NCBI GenBank assembly: GCA_963826715.1 | Contig: CAWGYA010000006.1 | Location: 1 to 64,000 of the forward strand | DNA length: 64,000 nucleotides | Direction: 5' to 3' | Source: Candidatus Bathyarchaeota archaeon | Lineage (GTDB): Archaea; Thermoproteota; Bathyarchaeia; Bathyarchaeales; Bathycorpusculaceae | Shown: one piece after another, positions 1-8,749 of the stretch | How the letters are laid out: each line of letters starts with the position of its first letter | Position numbering within the stretch: the first letter of the stretch is position 1 | Notes under the pieces: model-generated | The model's input: only the letters and a program-made list of their open reading frames with translations | What the model was told of the DNA's origin: nothing | Database searches by the model: none | Program-made: the position numbers and the translations under genes

Positions 1-120
1 AGCCTTAATCTCCAGTGGGATCGGCAAAAAAGCAACAAACGTAGTAGCAGCGCCCGCAACTGTGCCAGCCAAAACGATCAGGGCTTCCTTATTCTCAGAT
101 ACCTCTATCTCATCAACCAA
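1..120 (-). CDS. Small hydrophobic membrane protein, copy 1 (3' end runs off the window)
   Basis: Manual translation from TTG(120): MVDEIEVSENKEALIVLAGTVAGAATTFVAFLPIPLEIKA..., with GGAGGTGA Shine-Dalgarno just upstream; paralog at 2914-3107. Confidence 0.6.
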   Translation of the reverse strand, partial: MVDEIEVSENKEALIVLAGTVAGAATTFVAFLPIPLEIKA

Positions 121-134
121 ACAAATCACCTCCA
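2..134. repeat. Diverged direct repeat, copy 1 (copy 2 at 2990-3121)
   Basis: Shared GCTTCCTTATTCTCAGATACCTCTATCTCATCAACCAAACAA core and alignable flanks. Confidence 0.9.
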
Positions 135-759
135 GCGAATATTAACAACAAAAAATCATTTGGGAATCATTCACGTTCATCTTTCAGTTCATTAGTGAGG
201 GCAGGTTTCCTGATAAAAGAGACCAGCAGCAAAGCTTGCCCATAAAAAAGATTCTACCGATAAACAAAACCTAAAAACAACAAGAAGAAGCATAATGAGA
301 CGAGGGAATTAGTCAAGAAACTTTTAACTTTTTTTATTTGCTTTTCTTGATAGTTAAAAAGGGAGGTAAGCAAAGTGAATAAGATGATTGGTAAATAGTT
401 TGAGAAGAGCGTGTGAAAATAGTCTTAGCGCTGCTTCGGCCATCTATGCCGCAGTAGATATAGCTTCAACATTAACTATCGTGGTCAAATCAAAATCCTC
501 ACAGCATACTATTTCTTATATGTACAATTATCCAACAATAAAATAGCAAAAATAAGCGCGAATAAAGAAATGGGTGCACGCCTAAGGTGAATTGTGATGA
601 CGAAAAGCGGCGAGATATCAGGGTTCGTTAAGCCGGGGTTTGCAGTCTCTGTTAGCGCTCCGTGTTCCGGCAGATTTTGGCGCCTCACAAAAAAGACAGC
701 GCCTGAATTTGGTAAAATTTATATAATATTTAACTCGTAAAGAGTATGAGTTACTGGCA

Positions 760-2718
760 TTGACGGCTTTTCCAAAATCCAGACAACTAATTAGTCCATA
801 TGAGGAAGCAGAACAGCAGCAAGAAGATAAAAAAACTCAACTTAACCCGAAAGACGACCTTTTTTATTCTTTGTTTGAAAACAGTTTTGACCCTATATTG
901 GTAACTAAGCCTGATGGCAGCATTCTTTCCGCAAATCCAGCAGCATGCAACATGTTTGGCATGACTGAGGCCGAGCTCAAAAAGGTTGGTCGAGAAGGTG
1001 TGGTTGTGCTGGACGAGAAAGCCAAAGCAGCACTTAGCAGACGAGAACGTGAAGGCAAAGCAAAAGCTGAACTAACCTTAAAACGCAAAGACGGCTCAAT
1101 TTTCAATGCAGAAGTGTCCTCCCGCCTCTTCACCGATGTCGAAGGCACAGTCAAAACAAGCATGATAATAAGGGATATAACCGAACACAAAAAAATGGAA
1201 GAGATACTTAGGCAAAGTGAAGAACGCTTTCGTGCAGTTTTTGAAAAAACAGCACTTGGCATCGCAATAGGCGACCCAACGGGGCACCTAATCAAATGCA
1301 ACGGCGCGTTCCAACGAATGCTAGGTTATAGTGAAAAAGAACTGTGCGACAAAGTTTTCTCGGAATTCACTCATCCGATAGATGCAAAAAAAGAATGGAG
1401 TCTAGTCGAAGAAATAGTTGCGGGAAAGAGAGACTATTACAAAATTGAAAAGCGATATATACGCAAAGATGGGCAGATATTTTGGGGGCAAACAATAAGT
1501 AACCCAATATATGGACCGGACAAAAAAACAGTTATGGCCATCGCCACTATCGAGGATATTTCGGAACGTAAGAAGGCTGAGGAAGGACTTCGTCAGGCTA
1601 AACAGCGATTGGAGGCTCATATGAAAAATGCACCTGAAGCGATTATTGAATTTGACCCACAATATCGCGTCATACGTTGGTCTGACGAAGCCCAGCGAAT
1701 TTTTGGTTGGTCAAAAGACGAAATTCTAGGAAAAGCTATTGCTGAGATGCCTTGGGTTTATGAAGATGATGTTGAATTAGTTCAGCAATTATCACTAGAC
1801 ATGATTAATGGAAAACGCCCCAGAAGCGTTAGTTCAAATCGCAATTACCGAAAAGATGGGGCTGTCATATATTGCGAATGGTATAACTCTGCGCTCTATG
1901 ACCCTGATGGAAAGTTGACTTCGGTTTTGTCGTTTGTTCTTGATGTAACCGAGCGTAGAAAAATGCAAGAAAAGCTTGAAGAATATGCTAAGAATCTGGA
2001 AGGACTTGTTGAAGAGCGAACGAATTCGTTGCGCGATGCAGAGCGTCTAGCTGCTATTGGTGCAACAGCTGGAATGGTTGGGCATGACATACGTAATCCG
2101 TTGCAAGCTATAATTAGTGAAGTCTACATAGCCGAGTCTGATTTGACTTCACTGCCTGATAGCGAAGCAAGGCAGAGTTTGATGAATAGCCTTCGCGAGA
2201 TTAATATGAGTGCTGATTATATCAATAAAATTGTTGCTGACCTTCAAGACTTTGTCAGACCGCTCAATCCTTCGATTAGTGAGGTGGATTTGAAATCGCT
2301 TATTGAAGAGTTGCTACTTAAGGCAACGTTTCCCGAGAATATTCACGCTTCATCTCAAGTGGAACAGGATGTCAAGGCAGTTCAGTCCGATGGGGTTTTC
2401 TTGAAGAGGATTCTGGGAAATTTGATTTCTAATGCTGTTCAGGCTATGCCGAACGGGGGAGAACTTTATATTCATGCTTATGCAGACGCTGACGATGTGG
2501 TTATCGCTGTTGAGGACACAGGTGTAGGCGTACCTAACTCGTTGAAAAGTAAGTTGTTTACACCCTTGTTTACGACAAAGAGCAAGGGTCAAGGTTTTGG
2601 GTTGGCGGTTGCTAAAAGGCTAGTTGAGTCGTTGGGTGGTTCGGTGAGTTTTGAAAGCAAAGAGGGCAAAGGCTCGACATTTAGCTTACATATTCCCAAA
2701 AATATACAGGTTGAATAA
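760..2718 (+). CDS. Triple-PAS sensor histidine kinase
   Basis: Three PAS/PAC repeats (RDITE, EDISE, LDVTE), H-box GMVGHDIRNPL, N box NLISNA, G1 DTGVG, G2 KGQGFGL. Confidence 0.93.
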   Translation: MTAFPKSRQLISPYEEAEQQQEDKKTQLNPKDDLFYSLFENSFDPILVTKPDGSILSANPAACNMFGMTEAELKKVGREGVVVLDEKAKAALSRREREGKAKAELTLKRKDGSIFNAEVSSRLFTDVEGTVKTSMIIRDITEHKKMEEILRQSEERFRAVFEKTALGIAIGDPTGHLIKCNGAFQRMLGYSEKELCDKVFSEFTHPIDAKKEWSLVEEIVAGKRDYYKIEKRYIRKDGQIFWGQTISNPIYGPDKKTVMAIATIEDISERKKAEEGLRQAKQRLEAHMKNAPEAIIEFDPQYRVIRWSDEAQRIFGWSKDEILGKAIAEMPWVYEDDVELVQQLSLDMINGKRPRSVSSNRNYRKDGAVIYCEWYNSALYDPDGKLTSVLSFVLDVTERRKMQEKLEEYAKNLEGLVEERTNSLRDAERLAAIGATAGMVGHDIRNPLQAIISEVYIAESDLTSLPDSEARQSLMNSLREINMSADYINKIVADLQDFVRPLNPSISEVDLKSLIEELLLKATFPENIHASSQVEQDVKAVQSDGVFLKRILGNLISNAVQAMPNGGELYIHAYADADDVVIAVEDTGVGVPNSLKSKLFTPLFTTKSKGQGFGLAVAKRLVESLGGSVSFESKEGKGSTFSLHIPKNIQVE

Positions 2719-2913
2719 TTAGTTCTTTTTAATAATCAAGCAATGCTCAGCTTTGTTGCTTAGAGTTTTCCGAATTGGGGTTGGCAGGTTATCCTTTTAG
2801 CATTTTCCATTATCCCTTCGCCCACTAAAAAAAGGGAGTGATTGCTTCTCAATTTAACACAATTTTAAACTAAAGACAACCCAAATTTTTCCCAAAAAGA
2901 AGAGGGTGGATGC

Positions 2914-3107
2914 TTACGGTTTGTTGACTTTGTTTTTCCAGTAGATCAGAATCGCGCCCGTTATAGTGGATGCTAACGCAGCAGAAGGGGCCTTAATCTC
3001 TAGCGGAATCGACAGAGAAGCAACAAATGTAGAAGCACGCCCGCAACCGTGCCAGCCAAAACGATCAAAGCTTCCTTATTCTCAGATACCTCTATCTCAT
3101 CAACCAA
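2914..3107 (-). pseudogene. Small two-TM membrane protein, copy 2, with a 1-nt deletion
   Basis: GGAGGTGA SD and TTG start; restoring one base near 3047 (by alignment to copy 1) gives 64 aa MVDEIEVSENKEALIVLAGTVAGAASTFVASLSIPLEIKAPSAALASTITGAILIYWKNKVNKP*. Confidence 0.6.
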
Positions 3108-3121
3108 ACAACTCACCTCCA
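2990..3121. repeat. Diverged direct repeat, copy 2
   Basis: Aligns to 2-134 with one indel. Confidence 0.9.
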
Positions 3122-3232
3122 AAAGTTAACCTAAAACAGAAATGCGAACTCAACCCAAGAAAGATTCAAACATTTCAGTTAGACAAGAAGATTTTAGTAA
3201 GCGCATTAACTAATCCTAAATTGTGATCTATT

Positions 3233-3448
3233 TTGAAGTTCGCAGTCATCGTTGAAAAAGACGAAGATGGCATTTATGTTGCCTCAGTTCCAGACCTTCC
3301 CGGCTGTAACACGCAAGCCAAAACTCTTGACCAATTGATTAAACGCATCAAAGAAGCCATTACTGCTTACCTTGAGGTTGAAGCTGTCAAACCTAAAGAA
3401 GGCATAGAGCTTGTCGGTTTACAGCTTGTTGAGGTCACCACAAATTGA
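3233..3448 (+). CDS. hicB: HicB-family antitoxin
   Basis: VIVEKDEDGIYVASVPDLPGCNTQAKTLDQLIKRIKEAI is the HicB signature. Confidence 0.9.
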   Translation: MKFAVIVEKDEDGIYVASVPDLPGCNTQAKTLDQLIKRIKEAITAYLEVEAVKPKEGIELVGLQLVEVTTN

Positions 3449-3639
3449 GCCTGCGACCACAGCCAGCCAGAAAAGTAATTAAAGTCTTATCTGCTCTGGG
3501 TTTTGAGGTTGCTAGAAAACACGGCAGCCATGTTGTCATGAAACATGCAGACGGTGCAAATTCTTCAAGTCTCATTCCTTCCGTAAAGAACTGCTTGGAT
3601 TCCAAAGATAGATTAATCGGTCTAGCAAATGCCCATTGA
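3445..3639 (+). pseudogene. hicA: HicA-family toxin, truncated after ~37 codons and fused to unrelated sequence
   Basis: IKVLSALGFEVARKHGSHVVMKHADG matches the HicA GSH motif; the expected C-terminal V/IPxH...GTL half is absent after ~3556. Confidence 0.75.
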
Positions 3640-3907
3640 ACAAGCCATTGAATTAAACTATCTTGTACTCTATCAGAAGTGGAGCTTTCTAAATCTCGAG
3701 TTTCCGATGCTTTAGTATCGACATTTGAACTGGTTTTTCCTTCAACACTTACCGCTTTCGTTTTTGTTCGGTTTCTGTTTTTGCTTTAATTTGCTTTTGA
3801 ATTTCTTGATGTTTTCTGCAAAGCGCCATATTGTAAAATTTTGTTGAGAAACTATGTTCTTTGGCAGTTATTTCTTCTTGACAAACGACACAGCGATAGG
3901 ATTGCAT
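3556..3907 (-). pseudogene. Fragment of a zinc-finger (CxxC...CxxH) protein gene, frameshifted and truncated
   Basis: ATG 3907: MQSYRCVVCQEEITAKEHSFSTKFYNMALCRKHQ...; after a slip in the A-run near 3763 the frame stays open (KAVSVEGK...GMRLEEFA) up to the hicA junction. Confidence 0.45.
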
Positions 3908-4051
3908 AAACAAAGTTTGTTCTCTTATGAAATATAAAGTGTACTAATTACAAATCTATAACCCTCCTGAGAGCAAAGTGGTGCAAGAAGAAAACTTGGA
4001 TCAAAGCGTTTACGAACCTAACAACCCCAAAGCTACCCCAGAAGATGACTC

Positions 4052-4109
4052 GCTGCGACAGACTAAAATTTGAGCAAGCTCTAAAAAGCAACCCGCCCGG
4101 CTACAAAGT
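4052..4109 (+). repeat. 58-bp relic of the nucleotidyltransferase gene (homologous to 8890-8947)
   Basis: TTTGAGCAAGCTCTAAAAAGCAACCCGCCCGGCTACAAAGT versus TTTGAACAAGCTCTAAAAAGCAATCCGCCCGGCTACAAAGT. Confidence 0.85.
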
Positions 4110-4118
4110 AACTTTTAA

Positions 4119-4167
4119 TGTTCCATAAAACTGAAAAACTTAAATAGAATTTCAATATAATGGAACA
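4119..4167 (+). promoter_or_regulatory. Inverted-repeat operator flanking the TATA box of module 1
   Basis: TGTTCCATaaaacTGAAA ... TTTCAatataATGGAACA around CTTAAATA, 3 nt before ATG 4171. Confidence 0.65.
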
Positions 4168-4170
4168 GCC

Positions 4171-5105
4171 ATGAAAACATCCGCTGGCGAATACGCATTC
4201 AGCAAAGCAGAATTGCAAATACTAAGAGAAATAGCCAGAGCAAACTATGAGCTATCATCAATCCAGGCAAAGCTCTCTGTTAAACCCTCACTGCTAACAT
4301 ACACCCTTAAAAAATTGCAAACTAAAGGCCTGATAAAGATCGCCCATAAGGGTGCCAAAAAACAAGTATCTTTTAGCGACACAAAACATGCAATTCTGCT
4401 AAGAGAATTTACTATCGATTTACGATTATGTTGACTGGGAAAACGTACTAAAGGGGACGGCCATCGAAATTCTCTTTCAAGTTTTAACTGACTCCGACAA
4501 ATTAACGGCTGTTCCAAGAAACACTCTTTGGCGCTACATGAAAGATTTCAAATCAAGGGGAATAATACAAGAATGCAAAGTTAACCCTCAATTCAGAGGT
4601 CTGTCAGAATTCCTGGAGGAGTACCAAAGCTTCTTTGCCAAGAAAATGGCTAACGAACTCTCCGATAATTCAGTAATCCTTTGGCAACGTGAAATGGAGT
4701 TTTTGATAAGAACACCTAAATCCGCTAAAGCTCCGACTAGAGCTTTCCACAAAACTGCAACCTCAATTTTCTCTGTATATGATCTGCCGCTTTTCTCAGA
4801 ATTTGATATTTACTTCTACTCAACCACAAAAAAATCGATCACACCTGAGGATGCTATTTTGCATACTCTTTTGTTGGAACCGGGTAATGTAAGATACTCA
4901 ACTTACGCTCTGCTGTTGCTTAAAAAAACGGAAAAACAAATAGACAAAACATACCTTCTCAGAGAAGCGGAGCATTTTGGGCTAGAGACCCAAGTAAAGG
5001 GTCATGCTTGAATTCTTACAAACTCATATTCGTCCTGAAGGGCAGCCTCTGCCTACTTGGGACGACTTTGCAGGTAAAGCCCGTGACTATGGAGTGATGG
5101 TTTAA
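4171..5105 (+). pseudogene. wHTH-containing regulator/antitoxin (AbiEi-like position), ~310 aa, split by two +1 frameshifts (possibly assembly errors)
   Basis: ORFs 4171-4434 and 4538-5011 join after removing one T (~4409) and one G (~5000); the corrected end LPTWDDFAGKARDYGVMV* overlaps the next ATG as TAATG. Confidence 0.7.
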
Positions 5106-5935
5106 TGGCTCAAAGACATTCCTTTGACAAGGACTATCTTAAGCAAGAATTCGACAAACTAAACACAATAGCAGAACGACCCCTTGCGCTTTACTTGATA
5201 GGAGGCGGCGCCATGGCATTCTATGGTCTGAAAGTTGCAACTAAAGACATAGACATTATACTTACAAACCAAGAAGACCTAAACAGTCTCCAATCCGCCT
5301 TAATCGCCACAGGTTACAAAGAACCAAATCCCATAGTTATCACCCGGCCATACAACGAAATGCAAACCAGCGCCATACTGGAAAACAAAGATGGCTTTCG
5401 ATGGGACTTATTTCTAAACAAAGTCTGCGGCAAACTATCATTCTCCGCGGACATGCAAAAACGATCAACCCCACTATACCAAGACAAGCGTCTAAAGGTT
5501 TTCATAGCCTCAAAAGAGGACCTTTTCTTATTCAAAGGAATCACATCTAGGGACGCGGATTTGGATGATACCCGAATACTTGCCCAATCAGGCCTCAACT
5601 GGAAAACTATAGCTCACGAATGCAACAGCCAATCCCAAGAATCAGGCAGATGCTGGGAAGACGCACTCTACCAAAACCTAAAAGACCTCAAAGCAAAATA
5701 TGGCATTGAAGCCCCAATCGAAAAAACCCTAAGAAAAACAGCAGAGCGAAAAATTATCGAGGCAACTCTACTTGGACAAATAGAAAAAGGAAACAATACC
5801 ATTAGCGGCATTGCCAAAGCAATCGGTGAACACCCCAACTTTGTTAGAGTCGAGCTCTATAAATTGGCCGACAAAGGGATAGCTAAAGTCGATAAATCCA
5901 GTAAACCGCATAAATTTCGATTAAGACAAAGCTAA
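5105..5935 (+). CDS. DUF6036/AbiEii-like nucleotidyltransferase with C-terminal wHTH
   Basis: LYLIGGGAM...ATKDIDII NTase motif; LFLFK...RDADLDD; C-terminal TISGIAKAIGEHPNFVRVELYKLADKG HTH. Confidence 0.8.
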   Translation: MAQRHSFDKDYLKQEFDKLNTIAERPLALYLIGGGAMAFYGLKVATKDIDIILTNQEDLNSLQSALIATGYKEPNPIVITRPYNEMQTSAILENKDGFRWDLFLNKVCGKLSFSADMQKRSTPLYQDKRLKVFIASKEDLFLFKGITSRDADLDDTRILAQSGLNWKTIAHECNSQSQESGRCWEDALYQNLKDLKAKYGIEAPIEKTLRKTAERKIIEATLLGQIEKGNNTISGIAKAIGEHPNFVRVELYKLADKGIAKVDKSSKPHKFRLRQS

Positions 5936-6019
5936 GCAAAATTATAGCACTGATTGCCATTGACTTGCAGTAGGCTTTAGCTCCTCTGAGGCAATGAATT
6001 CCCTTAATGCTGCCGGAAG

Positions 6020-6223
6020 TTTCTTAGCAAAAGTATGAAGTGTCAGCCAGGTTGTTGGGAATCCTAAACGTGTTGGAGCAAACAAACCCTAAACCCGAAA
6101 TTGACAAAACGATAAAAATCTTAAAAGCGATAAACCCAAACGAACTGTCTGCAGATGAAACTAGTATAAGGCAAAAGCTGAAACTCTACAATGCCCTGTA
6201 ACAAAAGCGTACAATTTGACTTT
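6020..6223 (+). repeat. ~200-bp duplicate of 8567-8771 (3' end of the 7697 gene plus the start of the 8739 gene)
   Basis: Near-identical GTCAGCCAGGTTGTTGGGAATCCTAAA...CTACAATGCCCTGTAACAAAAGCG. Confidence 0.92.
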
Positions 6224-6254
6224 TAGCATTCGTCTGGTAAGGGAAAAAAAATTC

Positions 6255-6605
6255 TTAAATATCTGTCGCAGAAAGAGACGGCAAACCTACAGCGAGACGA
6301 TACTCGTTAACTATTGGCAGAGCTTCCTTAATGATATCGGGAGACCTGCTTGCGCATACGTGTGTATCTTGTGTTGCTGAAACTAAACAAATATAGCCCA
6401 AACGTCTCAAGTCTTCGGCTACTTCCAAAATTTCACCTTTTTCGCCACGTGGTCTGCCTTTTGGTATATTATCAAGTGATGTGTGCCCTAGATGTTGTCG
6501 TTTGCCTTCGCCACACCAGTACCTATCAAGCCATAATTTATGCAGGATAAAGCCTGCGAAGAAACGCTCTCTTGGTTTCATTGCCGATAGGCTTTTTGGT
6601 GGCAT
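6255..6605 (-). CDS. Hypothetical small basic protein (probable winged-helix fold, HTSLDNIPKG motif)
   Basis: 116-aa ORF with ATG start, divergent from the HTH gene at 6738. Confidence 0.65.
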   Translation of the reverse strand: MPPKSLSAMKPRERFFAGFILHKLWLDRYWCGEGKRQHLGHTSLDNIPKGRPRGEKGEILEVAEDLRRLGYICLVSATQDTHVCASRSPDIIKEALPIVNEYRLAVGLPSLSATDI

Positions 6606-6662
6606 AAGTAAGGAATTACCCCTTGCTGTTTAAACATTTCGACTTTGGAATATTTTAAAATC

Positions 6663-6705
6663 TTATTGGTATTTAGTAAACTTTAAGTACCGTTAGTACC
6701 AATAA
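6663..6705. promoter_or_regulatory. Inverted-repeat operator in the divergent promoter
   Basis: TTATTGGTA (6663-6671) / TACCAATAA (6697-6705) flanking CTTTAAG. Confidence 0.6.
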
Positions 6706-6737
6706 TGCTTTAGAGCTTTTCCTAAGGAGATAAAAAA

Positions 6738-7076
6738 ATGCAGACATACCAAAACGAGAATGAAAAAAAAGTCGATTCCGAAGAATACGCAACACGCGGA
6801 CCCTTCTCGAGCATATTTGGTGGCCCTACAGCACGCTTGATCGACCAAGCCTTATTAGTTGGAAATTCAGAACAAACAATAACTTTACTGTCCGAATCCA
6901 CAAACCTCTCTTACAAGACTACAAAAGAAGCCTTAATGAAGCTTGTGAAAATGGGTTTTGTTATACCAACAAGGAAAATAGGCAATGCCCAAGCATACAA
7001 ATTCCACGTTGAAAACCACCTGAGTAGCTTACTAGCTTGCGGCGCGAAATTCCAACGCGAACGTCAAGACATCTAA
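6738..7076 (+). CDS. Winged-helix DNA-binding protein
   Basis: AGGAG SD; TITLLSESTNLSYKTTKEALMKLVKMGFVIPTRKIGNAQAYK is an HTH plus wing. Confidence 0.8.
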   Translation: MQTYQNENEKKVDSEEYATRGPFSSIFGGPTARLIDQALLVGNSEQTITLLSESTNLSYKTTKEALMKLVKMGFVIPTRKIGNAQAYKFHVENHLSSLLACGAKFQRERQDI

Positions 7077-7191
7077 TTTTCTTTATTGATTCAATTAAAT
7101 AATAGCGTTCCGATTCTCCAACTTCAAAAGAGCTTTCAAAGATTGCGTCAGAAAAACGTTAGTACGCGAATGACTAAAAACATCAAATCAT

Positions 7192-7458
7192 CTATTTTGG
7201 TTTGCGAGCATCAACTAATTCTTTTTGTATTTCTTCTTCGGTCATTTTCAATTCTTTCTTATCCATCATTTTGAAAATGTCATCCCATTCTTTCTTTAAG
7301 TCTGGGAGCTATAGTTTCTTCATTATGATAGTATCGCCTCTTCCGTAAACTAAGAATTTGTTTTTCGGATTTATTCCAAGCTCCCTGCGTATGGACTGTG
7401 GTATTACTACTTGCCCTTTTTCGCTGATTGTGGTGACTTCAGGCTCTTCAGTGGTCAT
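7192..7458 (-). pseudogene. AbrB/MazE/SpoVT-family antitoxin with in-frame TAG at codon 50
   Basis: MTTEEPEVTTISEKGQVVIPQSIRRELGINPKNKFLVYGRGDTIIMKKL*LPDLKKEWDDIFKMMDKKELKMTEEEIQKELVDARKPK*; TAG at 7309-7311; missed by the ORF track. Confidence 0.8.
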
Positions 7459-7634
7459 GTCTATCAGTGGGAAAAGTTTACTTTAATTCTATTAATTCTT
7501 TTGGAAGAGCGAAATGCGCCCAACTTGCAAAGCAAAGCTTAAGGTCAATGCTGCTGGGTTTAAAGATATAAAAACCTGTGGCTGAAGCGCAGTTAATTTC
7601 TAGAGGTCCCCCTGTTTCTTACTCGACACCCTTT

Positions 7635-7679
7635 TATTATAGTTTATTTACTATAACATTATAGTAAAATGCTATAATA
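7635..7679. promoter_or_regulatory. Nested palindromic operator upstream of module 2
   Basis: TATTATAG-ttta-TTTACTATAA-ca-TTATAGTAAA-atg-CTATAATA. Confidence 0.7.
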
Positions 7680-7696
7680 CTTAAGTGTGAAGAGCG

Positions 7697-8749
7697 ATGG
7701 ATAAAGTCACAAATCGAATCATAGAAGCAATTTCTTCTAGTATAGGTGATTCTTTATCAATTAACGAATTAACAAACCGAATAAAGAGTAGATACGGGTC
7801 TGCTTATTACGCAAACATTTACGAGAAACTACAGGACCTAAAAGGTCAGGGTTTGCTCAATCTGGAACCAATCGGGCGTTCCTCTAGCATCAGGCTAAAT
7901 TTTGAGAACTATCTTTTGATAGACACTTTATCAGATATGGAAATAGAAAAGAAAATTGAATTCCTGTCCAATAAAGCGAACCTATTTTCGTTCTTTGCAG
8001 AGATGGACAAATCCCTACGTGAGAAAAGCTGCATTAGATCGATCAGTGCAATCAACCCAGCAAAGAACATTAAATTAAACCGAATCGAACTGCTCTCGCT
8101 CCTCAATGAAACTCCTGATTATCTCGACCAGACGGTAGCGCTCCACAGAATCGCCCTGAACCTTCAAAGAAAATTCAACCTAAAAATAAACAACCTAATC
8201 TTAGATACAAACGATTTCTTTGACTTGTTAACCGTGGATGAAATTAACCCCGTTAGAGAAGCTCTAAGCCAACAAATTAACATCTACAATCCTCAAGCAT
8301 TCTGGAGCCAAATCAAAGAAATAGCTCAAAAAAACCAAATCAAAACACTACACACAGAAACTAAACCGTTAAACATCCCTGATTCAGATCTAAATTTCAA
8401 CCTTAACAGGTTTGGATACAGCGAATTTGGCACAAACATTGTCGAGGGAAAAAAATTCTGCATTGAATACATAACGATCGCTTTGCTTCTTAGGGAAGAG
8501 GCTCGAGGGATTGATGCAGCAGCGGTTATTCTCGCCAAGAACAGTTTTAACAGTAACGTGCTAGCATTTCTTAGTCAAAAGTATGAATTGTCAGCCAGGT
8601 TGTTGGGAATCCTAAATGTGTTGGAGCAAACAAACCCTAAACCCGAAATTGACAAAACGATAAAAATCTTAAAAGCGATAAACCCAAAAGAACTGTCTGC
8701 AGATGAAGATAGTATAAGGCAAAAGCTGAAACTCTACAATGCCCTGTAA
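7697..8749 (+). CDS. wHTH-containing protein with a possibly degenerate NTase-like middle domain (putative antitoxin/regulator)
   Basis: N-terminal LSINELTNRIK...YANIYEKLQDLKGQGLL wHTH; overlaps the downstream NTase gene. Confidence 0.7.
   Translation: MDKVTNRIIEAISSSIGDSLSINELTNRIKSRYGSAYYANIYEKLQDLKGQGLLNLEPIGRSSSIRLNFENYLLIDTLSDMEIEKKIEFLSNKANLFSFFAEMDKSLREKSCIRSISAINPAKNIKLNRIELLSLLNETPDYLDQTVALHRIALNLQRKFNLKINNLILDTNDFFDLLTVDEINPVREALSQQINIYNPQAFWSQIKEIAQKNQIKTLHTETKPLNIPDSDLNFNLNRFGYSEFGTNIVEGKKFCIEYITIALLLREEARGIDAAAVILAKNSFNSNVLAFLSQKYELSARLLGILNVLEQTNPKPEIDKTIKILKAINPKELSADEDSIRQKLKLYNAL

Noticed and set aside
594-740. Short ORF after an AAGGTGA SD (MTKSGEISGF...)
   Set aside because: No recognisable features, and it runs through the kinase promoter; insufficient support
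2966-3226. 86-aa plus-strand ORF
   Set aside because: Antisense shadow of the duplicated membrane microprotein, which has the SD and a conserved frame
4171-5105. Programmed frameshifting or phase variation in the module 1 regulator
   Set aside because: The runs are short (TTT, GGG) with no slippery heptamer; assembly error or decay is simpler
7086-7274. 62-aa plus-strand ORF
   Set aside because: Antisense to the AbrB pseudogene and has no motif
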